DNA of 62,832 bases, counting the filler, from Stramenopiles sp. TOSAG23-6 (Eukaryota), in assembly GCA_900128565.1 (NCBI GenBank). It is 35 parts of 35 records of this genome, joined end to end, with 100 filler letters (N's around TTAATTAATTAA, not from the genome) between each part and the next. Parts side by side here need not be neighbours in the genome. Positions count along the whole stretch, not along the records: positions 50,436 to 52,123 come from LT638704.1; positions 52,224 to 53,911 come from LT638705.1; positions 54,012 to 55,697 come from LT638706.1; positions 55,798 to 57,481 come from LT638707.1; positions 57,582 to 59,265 come from LT638708.1; positions 59,366 to 61,049 come from LT638709.1; positions 61,150 to 62,832 come from LT638710.1; 28 more parts are not named here. One strand, 5' to 3'. This document shows, piece after piece, positions 50,436 to 62,832 of the stretch (position 1 is its first letter; every line of letters begins with the position of its first letter). A program made the translations under genes and the position numbers. The notes under the pieces are model-generated. The model ran no database searches and was not told the origin of the DNA. It was given only the letters and a program-made list of their open reading frames with translations.

Positions 50436-51171
50436 AGAAGAGGAGACAAGACTATCTGCTGTAGTGGAACCATTTGATGATACTGTTGATAAAAATGTAC
50501 CACCTGTAGTATCAAATAGTAGTAGTAGTGGAAAAAAACGGAAATCAAATTCATCATCATCTAATAGTGTAGTGAAACGTCAAAAAATAGAAAATAAAGG
50601 TGCACAGAATTTATTTGAACTTGGTTATGCAAAGATCAATGGTACTGACTTTCAGACTAAGGATGAAGAGACTGGAGAACTAATGATTGGATCTGCAGCT
50701 ATTGCTGGATTTCCAATGGCTATTGCGTGTTGTACATATTATGGTTGGAATGGTTATGAAATGGATAATGAAAAAGCATTTAAAATGTTTATGGATAATA
50801 GTGATTATAGTTATGCTCAACTTGAACTTGGTTATTGTTATTTTGGTGGTGATGGTGCTGCTGTAGACTTTGAAGAAGCTTTCAAGTGGTATACTAAATC
50901 GGCTAATGCTGGAAATAGTGAAGGACAATATGAACTTGGTTGTTGTTATTTAATTGGTAGTGGTGTTGATGCAGACTATGAAGAAGCTTTCAAGTGGTTG
51001 ACTAAATCGGCTAATGCAGGAAATAGTCAAGGACAATATAGTCTTGGTAATTGCTATTTTAGTGGTGAAGGTGTTGCTGTAGACAAAAAAGAAGCTTTCA
51101 AGTGGTATACCAAAGCTGCTAATGCTGGCCATTTTAATGCAAAAAATACGCTTGATAATAATGAATTTTAA
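50436..51171 (+). CDS. Sel1-repeat protein, C-terminus
   Basis: Three to four QYxLGxCYxxGxGVxxDxEEAFKWYTKSA repeats. Confidence 0.92.
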
Positions 51172-51613
51172 ATGTATTTGTTGTATCTATTTTTAGGTTA
51201 AAATATTTTCTGAAAAAAACAAAGAAATGAAAAAAATTGTAAATGAAATTTTTCAATTTTCAGTGAATGAAAATTTTCCATTACAAAAAAATAGAAATAA
51301 TATTGATGAAATTGATCTAAAACGTAAACGACAAAGTAAAACTCATAAACATTCGTTTGGTACAGAATTACGGAATTTGGTACTAAAAAATTTATTGTAA
51401 AAATAAATTGTTGAAAAAATTTCAAATGTTTTTATTTTTATTTCGAATTTATGAAATCGTTACCGTTACCAGGTAATATTTTGACATGCATGCATCAAAA
51501 ATCGAAATCAAATCTATCACAAAAAAATGAAAAATTTATTTCATAAAAAAATCTCACGTTCGACGAATAAAATAAAATAGTGTTTTTCTTGCTATAAAAT
51601 CTAGTAAGAGATA

Positions 51614-52123
51614 ATGCCACAGGATGATGCACCGAGTAATCTAATATGTCCTATTACCCAAGAGTTATTCAAAGATCCGGTTGTTGCTGCGGATGGTCAC
51701 ACGTATGAGCGAGTTGCAATTTTACAACACTTTGGTACAAAAAATACGTCGCCTTTAACAAATGAAGTGTTGCCGCATTTAAACCTTGTGACAAATTTTC
51801 ATTGTAAATCTCAATGTTTGGAATGGAAACAACAACAAGATAATAAAACCACTGATGTTAATTTATTCTTGTTGAAATGCTTCCAAGCGAAAGATTCAGC
51901 AGACATTATTAAGGCTATTACACAAATGATTGAGTTGGTCTCAGAGGCTGATTCATGCATTCTTCAAATGTCAAGTCTTGATAAGTTAAAGTCAGTTTTT
52001 ATAGGGGGAAATAATTATTCAAAAGAAGTTGCATCTGCATTGGATACGCTACAAGTGATGTGTAAAGAGAAAAATGATAAAGGATTTCAAAAACTTGTTA
52101 AAATAAGAGAAATGAGAAAAGTC
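51614..52123 (+). CDS. U-box protein, N-terminus; paralog of the gene at 10360
   Basis: LICPITQELFKDPVVAADGHTYER; highly similar to the 10360 ORF. Confidence 0.9.
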
Positions 52124-52282
52124 NNNNNNNNNNNNNNNNNNNNNNNNNNNNNNNNNNNNNNNNNNNNTTAATTAATTAANNNNNNNNNNNNNNNNNNNNN
52201 NNNNNNNNNNNNNNNNNNNNNNNAGAGATAGAGAGAGATTAACTAAATTGATATAATATTTCAATAATACTTCTAGGTACAT

Positions 52283-53911
52283 ATGGTACTTCCTACATTA
52301 CCACCAGTTGGAGTGATTCCCCTGGAAGATAAAGCATTACCTACTGAAAATCTTCCACCCAGTGAAAGAAGCTCCATTGCTTGCTGCCGGCTGCGACACA
52401 GTAACTTAGATGTGACTCAAATTAGAGACCGATTGCTTACATTGCATATAGATGGCAATATTTGGGATGCTAATAAACAAGCATCCAATTTATATGTTCC
52501 TCGTCCATATCACGATAAGTTAGGCATTGGTAACGTATGCTTCATTTATTGTGACGATGCTGCTCAGAATTGTTATCGCTTTCCTTGGTTTTTAGAATGG
52601 AAAGAAGAATTAGAAAGTATATTTAAGCAAATAGGAGTATCATCGGAACAAGTAATTCGATGCGTATTTGCATGCCTTCCTGCAGGTGTAACAATCCCCG
52701 TTCATCATGATTCTGGACGTTGGGTTGAAGTGGCTCATCGAATTCACGTTCCACTCGTCACCAATCCTGGCGTAACATTTTTTGCAGGTGCTGATGAAGC
52801 TTCTCTAGAGGAATATCATTTACCTGTAGGTACATGTGTAGAGTTAAATAATCATGCCAAGCATAAAGTTATTAATAATGGTGCTTCTGGGGAAAATATT
52901 GATAATCGAAGAGTCCATTTAATATTTGACTACTTAGATTTAGATTGTAGAATTCCCACAATACCCCACCAGTTACCTACAATACAACTTGATCCAAATT
53001 CAAAGATAGTCCGCCACAGACGTCATATCGAGGTATTAACAGAAGATAGAGGTACGATCGCTCCAATAGTTAAACTAGCGAAATGGAAAGAATTAAAATA
53101 TTTTGTGATTATTGGTGCTCAAAAATGTGGTACAAGTTCGGTATATCACTATATATGTCAACATCCTTCAGTAGTAAAAGCGAGGACTAAAGAAACACAT
53201 TTTTTTGATTGGGGTTGGCCAGAGAACCCATCGAATAAATCTAAACCCCAAAATCTTTCTAAGAAACAAATCAAATTATGTGAAAATCTCCTTGGAAAGA
53301 TTAAACAAAACAAGAAAAATGTAAAAAAAGAAAAAAAGAAAAACTTAAATCCCAATATAAAAAATCAAAAAAGCACTGAAAAAAAATCATCAAGTTTAAA
53401 AAGTTTATCGCCATCATCCCTGATTGAGTCTAGCCCTTCTGCTTTAAAAATAATACGTGCAAAATATGCTCTTTCAGCATTAGATATGCCACAATTATTG
53501 AACCATATATCTGTATGTTTTTATCATTAGTTTCATTTTTTTTGTACATACTTTTNNNNNNNNNNNNNNNNNNNNNNNNNNNNNNNNNNNNNNNNNNNNN
53601 NNNNNNNNNNNNNNNNNNNNNNNNNNNNNNNNNNNNNNNNNNNNNNNNNNNNNNNNNNNNNNNNAATAACTTCGTCTTCATCATTGTTATGCCACAGGCT
53701 AGAGTTATTATGGTAGTTAGAGATCCCGTTGCCAGAGCTTGGTCACATTTCCATATGATGAAAGGAACTGATGAAGAGAAAGAATCGCGCAATTCTTCAA
53801 CGAACGATGCCATAATGAAGACTTCATCTTTTGTTGACGTTATACTTTCTGATTTGAAAGATCTTGCATGTTGTGGTGTGTCCAATTCATCTTCAACCGT
53901 TGCCAATATAG
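52283..53911 (+). CDS. Asp/Asn beta-hydroxylase-like 2OG-Fe(II) domain fused to a sulfotransferase domain
   Basis: HHDSG, RIHVPL, ELNNHAKH and RVHLIFD, then IIGAQKCGTSS, KETHFFD and RDPVARAWSHF. Confidence 0.85.
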
Positions 53912-54109
53912 NNNNNNNNNNNNNNNNNNNNNNNNNNNNNNNNNNNNNNNNNNNNTTAATTAATTAANNNNNNNNNNNNNNNNNNNNNNNNNNNNNNNNN
54001 NNNNNNNNNNNTTTTCCGGTAAAAAAAAAATCGAATTTTTTTTTCGTACGAAATTTTGTACCTAACCAATTTTTTTAGTTTTTTTTTGAAATATTTTTCC
54101 AAAATACAG

Positions 54110-55633
54110 GATTATTACAAGCAATGCGTGGATTATCTTTTGGCAGACATTATTGGCATTTAAAAGTCGTTCGCTCTGGTTCAACTGGAATCTGCGTAGG
54201 GGTAACTGATGGCTCTGAAGGATCAACTTTAAATGGTGTATTAGGCTCCGACTGTCATGGGTGGGGAGTTACGTCACAGGCAATGAAAATTCATAATGGA
54301 AAGTTTGAACGTTTTGGTATTCCATTTGAAGATGGTTCACATTTAATAGTGGTACTTGAGTTAGGTAAACGAACAAAGTATAATAACCCTAACCATAATT
54401 ATAATACGAAAGATACAAAACAAAATGTAGATAATGATATACAATATAATCGTGGGACTCTCTCTCTAATCGTTGATGGCGTTCATTTAGGAGTCGTGTT
54501 CGATAATATGTTACCCACATTTGCTTCAAAATCAAATTCTGGTAATGGTAAACAAATTTCATATGAAAATTCATATGAAATGTGTGCTCCTCAACTTTTC
54601 CCAGCAGTTTCATTGTCTAGTGGGGCAGAAGTTTGGATCAAAGGTCATGTATGTTTTATTTTTTTTTTAAGAAAAAAATCGAATTTATTTTTCGTACGAA
54701 ATTTTGTACCTAACAAATTTTTAAAGATTTTTTTGAAATATTTTTACAAAATACATGTTTTTGAGAGCGATGACGTCATTTCGTCTCGAAGAACAGAGGC
54801 AGCCAGAGCATTGGAGCGTCATCTGAAAGAACTTCGACAAAAATTAAGAAATAATACAGACCCAGTGGCACAATTATCGATAATGCACGTTTTATATGAA
54901 TTTCTAATTTATTTCCAAATTTTTTTTTTCATACGAAATTTCGTACCTAACAAATTTTTAAATTTTTTTTTTGAAATATTTTGTCAAATATATGCGTAAA
55001 CTTGGAGCAACATTATCACGACGACGTTTGCCTGCACGAGTCCCCGTAGATCCTTTGCAGATGGAACGAGATTTATGTACGTTTTTCATCATAAATTGTT
55101 GTTTCTACATTTGTTTTTTCATACGAAATTTTGTACCTAACCAAAACAAAATTTATTTGTGAAAAAAAAAAAAATATTTTTTCTCATTACATGTCGAGAA
55201 AATATCATTGTGAATGGTACGGTAGTGGGGGAACATTTGGCAGACCATCGCGGGATATCTGACTTAAAGTACAAACTGAGTGATCAAATTATAAATACAC
55301 TTCGTAGTGGCGGTAATAGTCAGAAATATTTGCCTAACCCTACAAACCCTAATAGTTTGGAACAATGGTCTTTAGAATTAGTTGATTGGGCTTTACAAGC
55401 CGCTACTCGTACGGTTTCTGGTGGTGATTCTTATTTTGCAATTTTTAGTTTATATGATGATCCTGATGTGGTTGTAACTCCTGCGCACAATGTGTCTAAT
55501 CCTCTGACTAGCATTGACATTACTGAAGATGGGATCGTTGTGCGTACCTATAATTTATATGACGTAGTTAAAAGAAGTTCATCTATGAGTGATCATGTGC
55601 ACAGTGGTTCTGATGTTCTTCGATTTGAGACAG
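54110..55633 (+). CDS. SPRY-domain protein (introns 54649-54755, 54885-54993, 55077-55192)
   Basis: GRHYWHLKV, ICVGV, GTLSLIVDGVHLGVVF and LFPAVSL. Confidence 0.75.
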
Positions 55634-55797
55634 GTATGTTTTTTTTTTTCAATTTTTTATCTAAATATTTTTTTTCGTACGAAATTTTGTACCTAACNNN
55701 NNNNNNNNNNNNNNNNNNNNNNNNNNNNNNNNNNNNNNNNNTTAATTAATTAANNNNNNNNNNNNNNNNNNNNNNNNNNNNNNNNNNNNNNNNNNNN

Positions 55798-57315
55798 TCG
55801 AACCACTTCGACAGGCCTTTCAGGGGAGTAATGCATCTAAGCTTCCAGTGGCGTTTAAGGTAGTTGGTATGGGAAAAGATGTAGTAGAACGTGAGAAGCA
55901 ATTTCAAACAGCTGCAAATTCTATCAAAACTTCGGGTGAGGGAAAACGCGTCGCAGTTTTAACTAAGGAACTAAAGTACCTTACTATTGGTACTCATGCG
56001 ACAGAATGGATGGATTCTCTCTCAAAGCTAGATGGTGTTGAGCAGGTAAATGCTAGTGGTGGATTCGCTTTAATGTTTTGTCAAAAAGATTCGACAGAAT
56101 TAAGTTGCATAAAAAAAGCCGCCTTCATTACTGGCCGGTTAATGAAGTTTGCTCTTGTACCAGAAATGGAAACTGTTGTTGATGAAGGTAAAAAAGTTAC
56201 ACATGAGGCTCTTGCTGAAAAAACAGAAGCTCTACTTCAAAACCCTGAAAAAATTCGCGCTAAATACGACGTCGACGATGTTGAAGCTACAGTTCAACCT
56301 ATCATTCAAAGTGGTGGTCGATACAGTGTCAAAGCTTCCGCTCAAAGCTCTGAAGAAACAATGAAATATGACATCATTCTTGCTACATTAGGAGTTCGCT
56401 ACAATAATTATTGTGCTTCACAAACTCGCACATATTTTATTGATCCGACAAAAGAACAAAAAAGTGTATATTCGATTATTTTAGAGACATATCAATCCTG
56501 TCTTGGGGCTCTTCAACCTGGCAAACCTCTAAGTGCTGTACGTGATGCAGCGTTGAATACATTAAAAAACTCTTCCCGTCCTGATTTAGCTAATTATTTA
56601 AGTAAGACGTGTACGTTTCAATTATATTGTTCAAATGTATTTGTTTATCAAAAAAAATGCAAATTATAGTGACATATCTAACAATTTTTCATTTTTTTAA
56701 ATTTTCTTTTACATTATATGTGGACATTCTATGGGTCTTGAAATGCGAGAATCAATATCATTGAACAGTAAAAATCATTTACAGGCTCGTTCAGGTATGG
56801 CTTTTGATTTGCGTCTTTCCTTAGAAAATATTCCACACGAGAGTAAAACAAGTGACGATGGTGCACGTTCTTTATCTTCGTATACAATTCTAATCGCTGA
56901 TACAATCATTCTTGAGGATAGTATTAATGATAAGACGGGAACATTTGCTATCCCTGTATCAAAAGCATCAAAATTATGGAAAAGTGTAGCTTATTTTCTA
57001 GATGGTGAAGATGATGATGATAGTGAAGACGAATCTGCAAAATCAAAACCTGAGAAAGGAAAATCAAAAATGGTCAATGGTGCAATACCTTCTATCTCAT
57101 CCGTGCGTGCGAGAACACGTGGTCAGGAATACGCAAATAGCGCGTCTGCATTAGCAAATAAAGCGGAAGCAAATAAAAGAGATGAAAGACAACAAGCCAT
57201 CATGCGCGCAAAAATGGAAGCAGCAAATAAAAAACGAGATGAAGCATTTGTCGATACAAAGTTTAAAGATGGTGCTGCCCGTGCTTTTACTCAAAAAATC
57301 AAAGCATATGATAAT
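55798..57315 (+). CDS. SPT16: FACT complex subunit Spt16, partial (intron 56611-56719)
   Basis: PIIQSGGRY, LGVRYNNYC, RTYFIDPT, MGLEMRE and IADT. Confidence 0.9.
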
Positions 57316-57592
57316 GTATATTTTATTTTTATTAAAAAGAGAAATACAATGGATCCCATTACAACACCTATCGATATCGGAAAAATTAAAAAATCACATT
57401 TCATTCATTATCATGAATCAGTTACCATAATGTAATATACAAAAAATGTATACATATACATGAAAACATCATCAATAATCANNNNNNNNNNNNNNNNNNN
57501 NNNNNNNNNNNNNNNNNNNNNNNNNTTAATTAATTAANNNNNNNNNNNNNNNNNNNNNNNNNNNNNNNNNNNNNNNNNNNNCCAAAATACAT

Positions 57593-59265
57593 ATCCACCG
57601 ATCCTCGCCATCTTCAGTTTTCTAGTCATAATATTCGATGTTATACTCATGAGCAGAATTCTCAACATGATTCGATTGGTGTTCGTTCAGCAGGTAATTC
57701 TCCTGTTTCTACTCAATTGGGTCATGTACGTTTTTCTTTCAATTTTTTTTCTACATTTTTGTTTTCGTACGAAATTTTGTACCTAACAATCTTTCAAATT
57801 TTACAAAAAAAAAATATTTTCCAAAAATTACATCGTCCTTTGATTCGTTCAGCAGGTAATTCTCCTGTTTCTACTCAATTGGGTCATCGACGTTTTTCTT
57901 TTTCTCATGAATTCGAAAGTACATCCAACGTCAACAATGATAATAATATCGATGATACTTTTAAAACTCCACGTAGAAGTCCACCTGGATTTAATTGTTC
58001 TATTTCACCTAATTCTAAATCTTGTGGACACCCAGGTCGTATTTTTTTTTTTTTCAATTTTTATTTTATTTAATTTGTTTTTCGTACGAAATTATGTACC
58101 TAACAAATTTTTTTAGATTTTTTTTTGAAATATTTTTTCACAATATATGTTGTGTTTGTGATAGTTTCTGTATCAATAATGGTATGAAACAAAAAAATGG
58201 AAATGAATTATTTGGAGATGTGTATGTTTTTCATCATGAATTTTAAATTGTTTTTTAATACGAAATTTTGTACCTAACAAAAAAAACCAAAACTTTTTTT
58301 TTTTATGTTTTTCATCATGAATTTTAAATTTTATTTTTTTTCATACGAAATTTCGTATCTAAANTTTTTTTTTTNGAAATATGTTTTCTTTTCACAATAT
58401 ATGAATTATTCACCTTTTCCGAAATATCGTAGTTTATCCGATGAGATATCTGTTGATTCAAATGTAAAAACTGTGAAAAAAACCTGTACAAAGTTAAAAT
58501 CTTGTGCAGTGCCGTGGGTACCTTCGTTACACATGAAGCAGCGAGAAGAAAAAAGTCGTTGGACCGTAGCTGACAAATCCATAGATAGGTGTATGTTTTA
58601 TTTGTTTTTTGTATGAATTTTTTTTTTTGGTTTCGTACGAAATTTTGTACCTAACAAAATTTTTTTTTTTTTGTTTTTTGTATGAATTTTTTTTTTGGTT
58701 TCGTACGAAATTTTGTACCTAACAAATTTTTTTTTTTTTTTTGAAATATTTTTCCAAAATACATCAGGATCGTACAATATTTTCAAAGATTCGTGTCTTT
58801 TACATGATGTACGTTTTCATTTCATTTCAATTTTTTTTTGAAATATTTTTTTTTTTTGGTTTTCATACGAAATTTTGTACCTAACATTTTTTTTGAAATA
58901 TTTTTTCATAATTCATGTTACTTCTGTTGAAGAATTGTCTAATTCGAATAATTCGTCTTTATTTTCTAAAGTATTTGAGAATAGTTTCCCCATGGAAAAA
59001 TTTTCTACGAAACAATTTTTTAATTATAATGATACTATTCTTAGTCAATTGAATATGGAATCCAAAAAATCCAAAAAATCACATGGACCGATAGGTGCCG
59101 AAAGAGGTGCAATTGTACTGGCTAATGTATGTTTTTTTTTTTTTTTTTTTTTTTACCGAAAAAAAAAAAAATCGATTTTTTTTTTTTTTTTTTTTTTCGT
59201 ACGAAATTTTGTACCTAAAAAATTTTTTTTTTCAAATATTTTTCCAAAACACGTAGGATTGGTCA
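57593..59265 (+). CDS. Unknown intron-dense gene (at least six family introns)
   Basis: Short exons separated by family introns; no recognised domain. Confidence 0.5.
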
Positions 59266-59365
59266 NNNNNNNNNNNNNNNNNNNNNNNNNNNNNNNNNNN
59301 NNNNNNNNNTTAATTAATTAANNNNNNNNNNNNNNNNNNNNNNNNNNNNNNNNNNNNNNNNNNNN

Positions 59366-60749
59366 GTTTTGAAACCATTTAAAAGTGAAAGCTGCGAAAA
59401 GAAATTTCTAACCATTGTTGGTAAAGTTGGTATCAACTCTCCATCTTTTAAAATTCGACACTTTGGAAACATATCATAACCATCTTTCCCTTTCACTAAA
59501 TATTCCTTTGTAGCAAGCGAGTATTTCCTATCGAAAGAGAAAGGTATACATTCCCCATTATAAGTTTCAAGGTAAAGTGAATTCTTATCAATTCGATTAC
59601 CTGGAGGCTTTTCACCATTGAACGAAAATCGAATCCCAGATAAACATGGAAATCTGCCTTCTTTTTTGGGATATTGTGATACACCATTTTCAAGAGCATC
59701 ATAAAGCATCTGACCTGAAGTTTCAATTAAACACATTTCATCACACATTGGCAGGAGTGAAACTAATTGTCTTAATTTGATCAATCCTGTTGGAATGATA
59801 CAATCCGCTCGTAATGTTCCTGAATTCAGTAATGCAACATCAGCATTCAGATTGCTTCTCATTATATCAGTTACAAAATTACCAATATTTGTTTCCTTTG
59901 TACGAATTGAAGAAAAACGACAATCAAGATCTGTCGCACTTTCCCCGATTACTTTCTCAAGACTTGCACCTAAAACTTTTGAAAATCGCTCAACAATTTC
60001 GACCATCGTTTTATCTTCTTCGAATTGAATGACAGAAAAGCTTCGAAAATCTGTGCCAGATTTTACAATTGCACAATTGACACTGTTCAGAGTTGTTGGC
60101 AAAGTAAGTGAATCATCATGATCATGACCTCCAAGAATTAAATCAATACAATCTCCAGCTTCACAAGCAAGCTTTTCATCATTTGGTTTCCGCATATGCG
60201 TTAATGCAATAACAAAGTTACAACCTTTTGTACGCAATTCAGTAGATAAACGCCTTGCACAGTCAACAAAATCTTCATATATTATATCCTCATTTTCTAC
60301 TGTTGCAAGTGTTTCCATCCATTCCCATTCAACAAGTCCAATCACGCCAATTTTATTCTCCCCACGCTCAACAACGTAATGTACCATACCATTTGCAAGT
60401 GGCAGCATTGTTGGTTTGTAAACAACATTTGAAATAAGCCAAGGAAAAGTACATTGACTTGCAATATTTTCCAAATGTTCACAACCGAAATCAAAGTCAT
60501 GATTGCCGTAGCAAGCAACATCGATTTCTAATGAATTCAATACAGGAATCATTTGTTTTCCTTTTGTCACTGAGGATATTATCGATGGGTTCAAACAATC
60601 ACCAGAGAAAAAAAGTAATGGTTTAGGTTCACCTTTTGACTTTGCATCTTCTCGAACAGAATTTACAGCTGTTAAAAAACGAGAAGCACCACCACAAGGA
60701 TCTTTCTGTCGAGCTTCAATGTTATAGACATCATTGAAATGAATAATTC
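59366..60749 (-). CDS. 5'-nucleotidase family (metallophosphoesterase plus C-terminal domain)
   Basis: HFNDVYN, FSGD, GNHDFD, ALTHMR, GGHDH, ETNIGN and NSGTLR. Confidence 0.92.
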
Positions 60750-61199
60750 NNNNNNNNNNNNNNNNNNNNNNNNNNNNNNNNNNNNNNNNNNNNNNNNNNN
60801 NNNNNNNNNNNNNNNNNNNNNNNTTTGTGGGTGGCAAATTACTACCCGGTATAAATCTCGGGAAAAATAACAGTTTCGAATTTTGGAGAATTTTTTTGCT
60901 AAGTTTTTTTTTTAGAGAAGTCGTATATTTACAACGTACTAAAGTAAATTTAAGTACATCCCATTACCTAGCTAGTGCAGTGAGTATTTCCCTTAGGCAT
61001 ATTTTTTTATAGTATATTTCACATTTTACCTAATCTTTTAAAGACAGTTNNNNNNNNNNNNNNNNNNNNNNNNNNNNNNNNNNNNNNNNNNNNTTAATTA
61101 ATTAANNNNNNNNNNNNNNNNNNNNNNNNNNNNNNNNNNNNNNNNNNNNCGAAATTTTGTACCTAACAAATTTCGAATTTAATTTTTTTTACAATACAT

Positions 61200-62737
61200 G
61201 TGGGATGGATTATTAAAGTGCAACTTTCATTGATGGCTCTATTAACGTGTGCTATATTATCAGTTATTATAGGAAGTTTTTTTCCAAATTTGAATGGAAC
61301 ACATCCTGGATTTGTAGGCTGGAGTGGTGAAGTAGTGAAGCAGATACCTGAATGGGAAGAAGGCACAATTGTACATGTATGTTTTATTTTTTTTTTGTTT
61401 TCGAAAAAAAAAAAATCGAATATATTTTTTTCAAAAATTTTTGTACCTAACAAATTTAGGTTTTTTTTTTAAATATTTTTCCAGAATACATCCTGCAGTC
61501 GAATATTCTCGTAATAATTTCATTGCAAATCTCTGGCCCGAATTTACATCTTATAAACCTGATCAAAATGGTGTTGTTAAGAAATATGATTTTTTCACTC
61601 TGCTGTCGATATTTTTCCCAGCTGTTACTGGGATTACTGCGGGCTGCAACATATCTGGATTGTATGTTTTATCTTTTTTTTTACAAAAAAATCGATTTTT
61701 TTTTCGTACGAAATTTTGTACCTAACAAATTTAAGTTTTTTTTTTTTTGAAATATTTTTCCAAAATATATATATTGCTACATTTTCTTCTGCACTTGCGT
61801 CTATTGTAGGAGCTCCACAGTTACTCTGTGCTGTTGCAAAAGATGATTTGATACCACAACTTCAATACTTTGCTACGACCCATGTTCGCCAGGGGAAAAC
61901 ATTCAAACGTTGTCCTTTCGTCGATGGTTTAACACCAATATTTTGTCAATTATGGAGACAGTATCTTTTGGAAACTGTCACCGATGCACCTCAGAATGAC
62001 AAGGAAGCATTACACGTCTTGCGTAATATTTGGGTTATGCCAGAATACGAAGTAAGAGCTCGCGCACGAACAGCTGGAGTTGATGTCCCACCTCCAGGAC
62101 AACTTGATGGCCCTGAAGGTTCAGATAGAGCTCGTCGAGCTTTAGCTCAGCGGGTGTACACGGCGATACTTAATCAAGCTTCAAATAGTCATGAAGTTAA
62201 ATTTGCTGAATTTTTGTCGTATTTAAGTCGAGAATTATCGGCTATCGACGTTGGAGCAACAGGACAAGTATCTGTTGCAAACCTAATTCACGTATTGTCC
62301 GATGTTTCCGATTACGAATCAGAGTCAATTCGTGAAATAGCAAAAGCTGTAAACAGTTCTGATTTGATACGTTTATTATTGAATAGGAGAGTCGAAGATC
62401 TCGATGTTGATTTAACTACGCTTAACTACGGAATAGTTCATAAAAGTGGTGATCCAGTTCGAGCATACTTCTTTGCGTATTTAGTAGCTGCTTGCGGTAT
62501 TTGTATTGGTGATGTTAATGCCGTTGCGCCACTCATATCAATAATCTTCATGATGACGTATAGTCTTATTAATTACTCGTGCTTCAGACAGGATAAATCT
62601 GCAAATGCTGGTTGGCGTCCAAGTTTTAAATATTTTAATGCTGAACTGTCCATGTTTGGTGCGATGGTATGTATAGTGGTGATGTTTATCTTTTCAAGAG
62701 CAATAGCATTATGTTGCTTAATAGGTATGAGTGCAAT
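61200..62737 (+). CDS. SLC12 cation-chloride cotransporter, partial, with a large loop insertion
   Basis: FFPAVTGITAGCNISG, ATFSSALASIVGAP, NAVAPLIS and GWRPSFKYFN. Confidence 0.9.
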
Positions 62738-62832
62738 GTATGTTTTATTTTTTTTTTTACCAAAAAATCGAATTGTTTTTTTTCGTACGAAATTTTGTAC
62801 CTAACAAATTTTAGTTTTTTTTTTGAAATATT

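Larger units (their letters stand above)
1..62832. mobile_element. Introner-like intron family, about 80 complete or partial copies
   Basis: Recurrent GTAYGTTTT...TCGTACGAAATTTTGTACCTAAC...GAAATATTTTTCCAAAATAC-NN inserts interrupt coding frames and are co-oriented with the host gene (reverse complement in minus-strand genes). Their removal restores conserved motifs. Confidence 0.92.

Overview
This window is not one locus. It is about 35 short (~1.7 kb) eukaryotic contigs joined by artificial N44-TTAATTAATTAA-N44 spacers. The DNA is AT-rich, uses the standard genetic code, and most likely comes from a flagellated stramenopile (two tubular-mastigoneme/Sig-type EGF genes). It contains fragments of ordinary eukaryotic genes: CABIN1-like, NUP205, site-1 protease, HACD, IP3R-like, TrmO, TTI2, DGAT1, YdjC, CFAP52-like, class II HDAC, CHD7-like, HID1, STE20 kinase, NSF, TOP2, separase, SPT16, 5'-nucleotidase and SLC12. 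The main discovery is a family of roughly 80 (manual count) sequence-related inserts, mostly ~90-190 nt, oriented with the host gene. Their consensus is GTAYGTTTT..(T)n..TCGTACGAAATTTTGTACCTAAC..(T)n..GAAATATTTTTCCAAAATAC-NN. They have a canonical-looking donor and a CTAAC branch point. However, restoring conserved protein motifs requires 3' ends at AT in most cases, or at GT, GG, TT, AC or TC, and only rarely at AG. Nearby AGs are skipped. The terminal dinucleotide usually copies the last 2 nt of the upstream exon. This looks like an introner family in an organism whose splicing does not require a 3' AG. All splice assignments are inferred from reading-frame and motif restoration; there is no RNA evidence. 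Gene calls come from recognised motifs, not database searches.
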